Assembly: GCA_023136205.1 (NCBI GenBank)
Contig: JAGLRQ010000089.1
Coordinates: 1-8,857 of the forward strand
From: Candidatus Auribacterota bacterium
GTDB taxonomy: Bacteria; Auribacterota; UBA6266
Reading direction: 5' to 3'
Length of the DNA: 8,857 nucleotides
Below the pieces are notes generated by a model. The model was given only the letters and a program-made list of their open reading frames with translations, ran no database searches and was not told where the DNA came from. The position numbers and the translations under genes are program-made. Each line of letters begins with the position of its first letter. Position 1 is the stretch's first letter. Positions 5,183 through 8,857 of the stretch are shown in pieces.

Positions 5183-8100
5183 TTAAGCAAGCGGCATATC
5201 CGCGACAACAACCGTTCCTGTACCTTCTTCTGATGTAACATTAATAGTGCCTTTATGTTTTTCAATAATCATTTTACAAATCGACAGGCCAAAACCGCTA
5301 CCCTGAACTTTGGTGGTGAATAAAGGCTGAAACACCTTATTGATATTCTCAGTGGTAATACCGGCGCCTGTGTCCGCGAACGATATTTTAAGCTGTTTAT
5401 TATTCTTCTTTTCAACCCTTACTGTAAGTACACCTTTATTGTTCATCGCTTCCACACCGTTTTTAATAATATTCTGGAATACTATACAGAGCTGTTCTCT
5501 ATCCCCCTTTAAGAAAATCCCATCTGCCGGTATATCTCTAACAATTTCTACCTTAGCCGGTATGTCCGAAGCGGCAATCGCTTCATTAAGTACAGCAATA
5601 ATATTCAAATGTTTTTTATTCAGTTCTCTTACCCCTGACAGGCTTAAAAGACTTTCGATAATTGCCGTGGAATTCCTGATTTCATCTTCAATCCGCTTAA
5701 TATGTTCTTTCACTTTCTTATCTTTACTGCCAAGCTTCAAATTAAGATAGTAAGCGGAACTGCTGATAACATTAAGGGGATTGCGGATTTCATGAGATAT
5801 ACTGCCCGCCAGCTGTCCGAGAACAGCCAAACGCTCCGCGACAAGCAAGTCTTCCTGTGTTTTTCGCAGTTGGCGGGTTCGGTCTTCAACCATTTCCTCA
5901 AGATGATCGCGATGCTGCTGGAGAGACGCTTCAGCCTGTTTCATTTTTTCTACCAGCCGCGCGTTCTCCAGAGAAATAGCCGCCTGGTAAGTAAACAACT
6001 TGGTCATCTCTGTTCTTTCCGATGTAAAAATTGAATCAGCCAGGCGATTCTCCAGGTATAAAATACCGCTTAGCTTATTTTGTCTAACAACAGGAAGACA
6101 CAGAATCGAACGAAGCTGCATCGCCTGAACTTCGGGATTATCTCTAAAGTCACCTATCTCTGAAGCATTATCGAGAAGTACAACCTCCCTCGTCCTGTAA
6201 ACGTAACGGACAATCGCGCCGCAAATATCTTTATAATCTTCAAGCTTTTTATTCGTCGTCCGAACCATATCCTTTTCAGCAACATGGCTTTCAGCGCGGA
6301 TAATCAAACCACTGTCATCTTTTATAATGAGGTATCCGCTTTGCGCGCCGGAACTTTCCAAAACTACATTCATAATTTTATGCAAAAGCACGTTTTCTCC
6401 TATTTCAGCTGGAATAACCAAACAGGATTTCATCAAATAATTTATATCAATATTCGGAAGCGTAAAGGCAGGCAGGGGGGCAACAGTTAAAGAAGCAGGC
6501 GTTTCCTTTTTGAAATATTCCGGATATTTTTCTGTCAGAGACACCTCTTTTCTTTCCGCGTAACATTTCTTGTATAAACGGGCTGCTTCCTTTAAGAAAA
6601 CACCCTTGATGCTTTCATAGTGGTACTCCGTTTTCGCATCCTTTTCATCAGCATTGCAAATCCACCACCTGTCACAGCTTGCTTTCTTTGTCCTGTCACA
6701 TGTTTTGTATTTTGGGCAAAACCTGCCAAAGCTATAAAGCTTTTCAATAAGCTCTCCCAGGCATTCGTTGAGATAAGCTTCCAAAAATGTATACCGGTAT
6801 TGGTGAGCAAGGTCTATAGCATCAAGGTATAAGCTTCTGGCTTCTCTTAAGTCCCCGATAACCCTTTCCAGCTCCGCGTAAAAAAAGGCTAAATAGGGTT
6901 TTAATAAAGGCCCTAAGTGTGCCCACACTTCGACTTTTCTTAACAGCGGTTTAACATAAGACAACAGTTCCTTTTTATTTTTATATTTAATTCCTTTCTC
7001 ATGCAATCGCAAAGCGTTCAGCGCCAAAAAAACATGCCATTGTCTTTTCAATACATTATCGGTTAAGCCTGTGAGATACTTCTTCACGCCCTGCAAATAT
7101 TGTTCAGCTTTCTCGTATTCCCCGAAATAGTAATGGACAAGGCCCATATGTACATAATAACTGCCTGCCGAAGAAACGTGATTATCCTTATCCCATTGTT
7201 TAAGTTTTTCATCCATAGGAATGGGGGTATAATTTTGCTTCATAGGCTCTATCCAGCCTGCCTGCACAGCTTCGGCCAGGCGCACAGAGAAATACAGGTG
7301 ATATCTTTTAGAAAACTCAAGGCATTCATCAGCATATTGCTCAAGTTTCTCAAAATTATTCCCCTGCACCTGAAGATTCCACATCAATGGCCCGTAAGAA
7401 AGTCCCGCATTATAAAGATCCCCGCAGTTTTTACCGCACTGAATGGATTTTAAACAATAATTAACTATATCTTCAGGATGATTCCTGGAATGCATACTGA
7501 CCCATACAATACCATTCATACCCCGAGTAGCGCCAAAGGTATTGGGATACTTCTCACATAAATTATGGGCGAGATCTTCATATTTAAAGGCTTTCTCGAA
7601 CTCCTCCCTTTCACTAAGATAAAGAGCCATGATAGTAAAAGAATAAATTACCGATTCATCCATACCGCCGGTCAAACAGTGCCGGGTTGACTGCACCGCG
7701 GAGAGATACAACTGCGGTACCAGCCCGGACATATACAAATCCGGAATAAGTTCGCTATAGAACGCCAATTCTATCTTGCTTTTTCTTTTTTTAGTAAAAG
7801 GCATTTTGAGAATCCTGTCCCAGATATCAACCTTTTCAGATTCGAGGTCAGCCATTAACTTTTCTCTTTTTTCATCCGCTATTTGAGGATTCTCCGGAAT
7901 TGATTTTTTAAAATAAGCCAGGCCGCGATTGGCTGTTTCGATGGCCTTAATAAAATTACCGATTGAAGACAGTGAAGTTGTCTGTTCGGCCAGGCATTCT
8001 GCTTTATCAACATCGGTTCTCGCGTTTTTAAGCAGTTGATTAAGCAGTTGTTCGGAAGTATTGTAGTTACCGCACATCAATTCTGTCTTTGCTTCTTTCT

Positions 8101-8857
8101 GGTAAATTTTAAATGTTTGCTCATAGTGTACTTTCCAGCAATCGTCCGGTAAATTTTCCCTGGCCAGTTTGAAATACTCCTTAGCCGCTTCCGCGGCCAG
8201 CGCGTCCAAAGCTTTATTTCCCGCGTGGTAATTAAGATTTGATAATTGGTACACGGTCTCTATATCCAGCTTTTTCGGCCTTCCCAGATTCAAATGGGAA
8301 ACTATTGAAAAAAGTGTATCAACTTTTTCCAGTTCCGCTATTTTAGCAACCGTAGATAATAAATGAGTTCCTATCGCCCAGTGGATTCGGGCCCTCCTTT
8401 CACTGTTTATCGCGCTTAACACTGCTTCCTGCACGCGATCATGCACAAACTGAAAATCATCTTTGCTTTCCATTAAAAGCCCTTGAGCTAAAGCTGATTT
8501 CAAAATCTCAAATGTTTGCGATAAAACTATTTCTTTAACTGTGGAAATCTGGGTAGGAGAAAAAGTATTCCCTATACAGGCACAGTATTCGAGCAATTCT
8601 ACAGTAGCGGGAGAAAGCTTCCGGACTTTTGAACTGAAAAGCGTGACTACTGAAGAGGGCATGTCTGATTCTCTTATTTTATCAAGACTCCACTGCCAAT
8701 GCCGATTTTCATCCATGAGAAGCAAATCTTCATTATGGAGATATGATAAAATCTCACCCACAAATAAAGGATTCCCTTCTGAAAGATTTTCTATAAAAAC
8801 AGATAATTCCTCTGTCTGGGAAAGGGGTGAATCAAGAATATAAGATACCATTTCATG
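5183..8857 (-). CDS. Large multidomain sensor histidine kinase: C-terminal part of a STAND/AAA_16-type helical module, TPR-like helical repeats, GAF, HisKA and HATPase_c. Likely truncated at the 5' end by the window edge (1,222 aa visible from the first ATG).
   Basis: Track ORF 5183..8851. The two codons upstream of the listed ATG (8852..8857, reading H-E) are also open, so the frame reaches the window edge with no stop. The N-terminal text LSEGNPLFVGEILSYLHNEDLLLMDENRHWQWSLDKI...FQFVHDRVQEAV matches my memory of the segment that follows the P-loop NTPase domain in Ser/Thr-kinase/AAA_16-TPR-GAF-HK proteins (HstK-like). Aa ~200-705 are helical-repeat-like. The GAF-like region spans ~aa 818-965 (5957..6400; LHKIMNVVLESSGAQSGYLIIKDD...LRSILCLPVVRQNKLSGILYLENR...AAISLENARL). 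A coiled coil follows. The H-box is SISHEIRNPL with H1020 (codon 5792..5794). ATP-binding motifs: N-box NIIKNGVEAM, G1 ADTGAGI, F-box FQPLFTTK and G2 GSGFGLSI. Confidence 0.9.
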   Translation of the reverse strand, partial: HEMVSYILDSPLSQTEELSVFIENLSEGNPLFVGEILSYLHNEDLLLMDENRHWQWSLDKIRESDMPSSVVTLFSSKVRKLSPATVELLEYCACIGNTFSPTQISTVKEIVLSQTFEILKSALAQGLLMESKDDFQFVHDRVQEAVLSAINSERRARIHWAIGTHLLSTVAKIAELEKVDTLFSIVSHLNLGRPKKLDIETVYQLSNLNYHAGNKALDALAAEAAKEYFKLARENLPDDCWKVHYEQTFKIYQKEAKTELMCGNYNTSEQLLNQLLKNARTDVDKAECLAEQTTSLSSIGNFIKAIETANRGLAYFKKSIPENPQIADEKREKLMADLESEKVDIWDRILKMPFTKKRKSKIELAFYSELIPDLYMSGLVPQLYLSAVQSTRHCLTGGMDESVIYSFTIMALYLSEREEFEKAFKYEDLAHNLCEKYPNTFGATRGMNGIVWVSMHSRNHPEDIVNYCLKSIQCGKNCGDLYNAGLSYGPLMWNLQVQGNNFEKLEQYADECLEFSKRYHLYFSVRLAEAVQAGWIEPMKQNYTPIPMDEKLKQWDKDNHVSSAGSYYVHMGLVHYYFGEYEKAEQYLQGVKKYLTGLTDNVLKRQWHVFLALNALRLHEKGIKYKNKKELLSYVKPLLRKVEVWAHLGPLLKPYLAFFYAELERVIGDLREARSLYLDAIDLAHQYRYTFLEAYLNECLGELIEKLYSFGRFCPKYKTCDRTKKASCDRWWICNADEKDAKTEYHYESIKGVFLKEAARLYKKCYAERKEVSLTEKYPEYFKKETPASLTVAPLPAFTLPNIDINYLMKSCLVIPAEIGENVLLHKIMNVVLESSGAQSGYLIIKDDSGLIIRAESHVAEKDMVRTTNKKLEDYKDICGAIVRYVYRTREVVLLDNASEIGDFRDNPEVQAMQLRSILCLPVVRQNKLSGILYLENRLADSIFTSERTEMTKLFTYQAAISLENARLVEKMKQAEASLQQHRDHLEEMVEDRTRQLRKTQEDLLVAERLAVLGQLAGSISHEIRNPLNVISSSAYYLNLKLGSKDKKVKEHIKRIEDEIRNSTAIIESLLSLSGVRELNKKHLNIIAVLNEAIAASDIPAKVEIVRDIPADGIFLKGDREQLCIVFQNIIKNGVEAMNNKGVLTVRVEKKNNKQLKISFADTGAGITTENINKVFQPLFTTKVQGSGFGLSICKMIIEKHKGTINVTSEEGTGTVVVADMPLA
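6668..6700. repeat. 9-nt direct repeat cctgtcaca (6668..6676 and 6692..6700), 24 nt apart, inside the giant kinase gene
   Basis: Read directly from the sequence. On the coding (minus) strand each copy is TGTGACAGG, encoding Cys-Asp-Arg (C718-D-R and C726-D-R). Together they form the centre of the CX5CX7CX5C cluster. Confidence 0.85.

Noticed and set aside
5167-5265. A longer 157-aa version of the CheY-like gene starting at ATG 5265 (or the ATG at 5241). This version overlaps the 3' end of the giant kinase gene by 83 nt.
   Set aside because: The extra 33 residues (MKNIKALLMLHQKKVQERLLSRICRLLNRKGKD) are not part of a REC fold and are encoded within the HATPase G2/C-terminal coding region of the upstream gene. 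The internal ATG at 5166 has a purine-rich SD at proper spacing and follows the upstream stop by 16 nt.
6592-6810. A 72-aa minus-strand ORF in an alternative frame inside the giant kinase gene, overlapping the Cys-cluster region.
   Set aside because: It is fully nested in another frame of a 1,222-aa ORF whose flanking domains are contiguous in the main frame. It has no RBS and no recognisable motif. I considered a frameshift or pseudogene, but the main frame reads straight through from the helical repeats to the conserved ...EKYPEYF block and the GAF domain, so no frameshift is needed.
25-8843. All plus-strand ORFs in the supplied track: 25..417, 1524..1715, 1765..2130, 2659..3198, 3024..3224, 3886..4224, 4331..4639, 5340..5750, 5702..6034, 6284..6490, 6620..6832, 7100..7453 and 8541..8843.
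   Set aside because: Each lies entirely antisense to a minus-strand ORF with unmistakable REC, GGDEF, HD-GYP or kinase motifs. Their translations are S/F/L/I/P-rich and low-complexity, with no recognisable motif and no convincing RBS. They are typical shadow ORFs opposite AT-rich, K/E/I-rich coding sequence.
5183-8857. The possibility that the STAND/TPR protein is an anti-phage NLR-like (Avs/bNACHT-type) defence protein, making this the novel system.
   Set aside because: Its C-terminus is a canonical GAF-HisKA-HATPase signalling module with an intact phospho-acceptor His. It is followed by a cognate receiver and further two-component genes. No nuclease, protease, TIR, Sir2 or other effector domain is visible, and there are no mobile-element or defence-island neighbours.
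1-8857. A scan for CRISPR repeats, tRNA/rRNA-like segments, transposase/integrase genes, terminal inverted repeats and long tandem repeats.
   Set aside because: No regularly spaced repeats, cloverleaf-like GC-rich segments or recombinase-like ORFs were seen. The only repeats are the short 9-nt and 12-nt direct repeats and the AT-rich palindrome listed under features.

Overview
The window is almost entirely coding. It holds six co-directional genes on the minus strand, all for two-component or c-di-GMP signalling. In transcription order (high to low coordinates) they are: (1) 5183..8857, the C-terminal 1,222+ aa of a very large STAND-like helical/TPR - GAF - HisKA - HATPase sensor kinase. Its reading frame is still open at the window edge, so the N-terminus is missing. 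(2) 4792..5166, a 124-aa single-domain CheY-like receiver. (3) 2709..4763, a 684-aa membrane sensor kinase (TM - ~230-aa helical extracytoplasmic domain - TM - HAMP - PAS - DHp - HATPase). (4) 1134..2702, a 522-aa REC-GGDEF-HD-GYP protein in which both c-di-GMP catalytic sites look intact. (5) 681..1046, a 121-aa single-domain receiver that follows an AT-rich 87-bp spacer. (6) 1..494, the first 164 codons of a REC - coiled-coil - PAS protein that runs off the window. Genes 1 to 4 are separated by only 16, 28 and 6 bp and probably form one operon. I found no rRNA, tRNA, CRISPR array, transposase/integrase or obvious defence hallmark. All plus-strand ORFs in the track are antisense shadows of these genes. 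The best candidate for something unusual is the signalling architecture itself: two kinases, four receivers and a dual-function c-di-GMP enzyme. Other oddities are a CX5CX7CX5C cysteine cluster in the giant kinase, a GYP->GYS change in the HD-GYP domain and an unassigned sensor domain. All of these are domain-level readings from the translations, with no database search, and I see no evidence for a wholly new class of system. The DNA is AT-rich by eye and the source organism cannot be assigned from this window.
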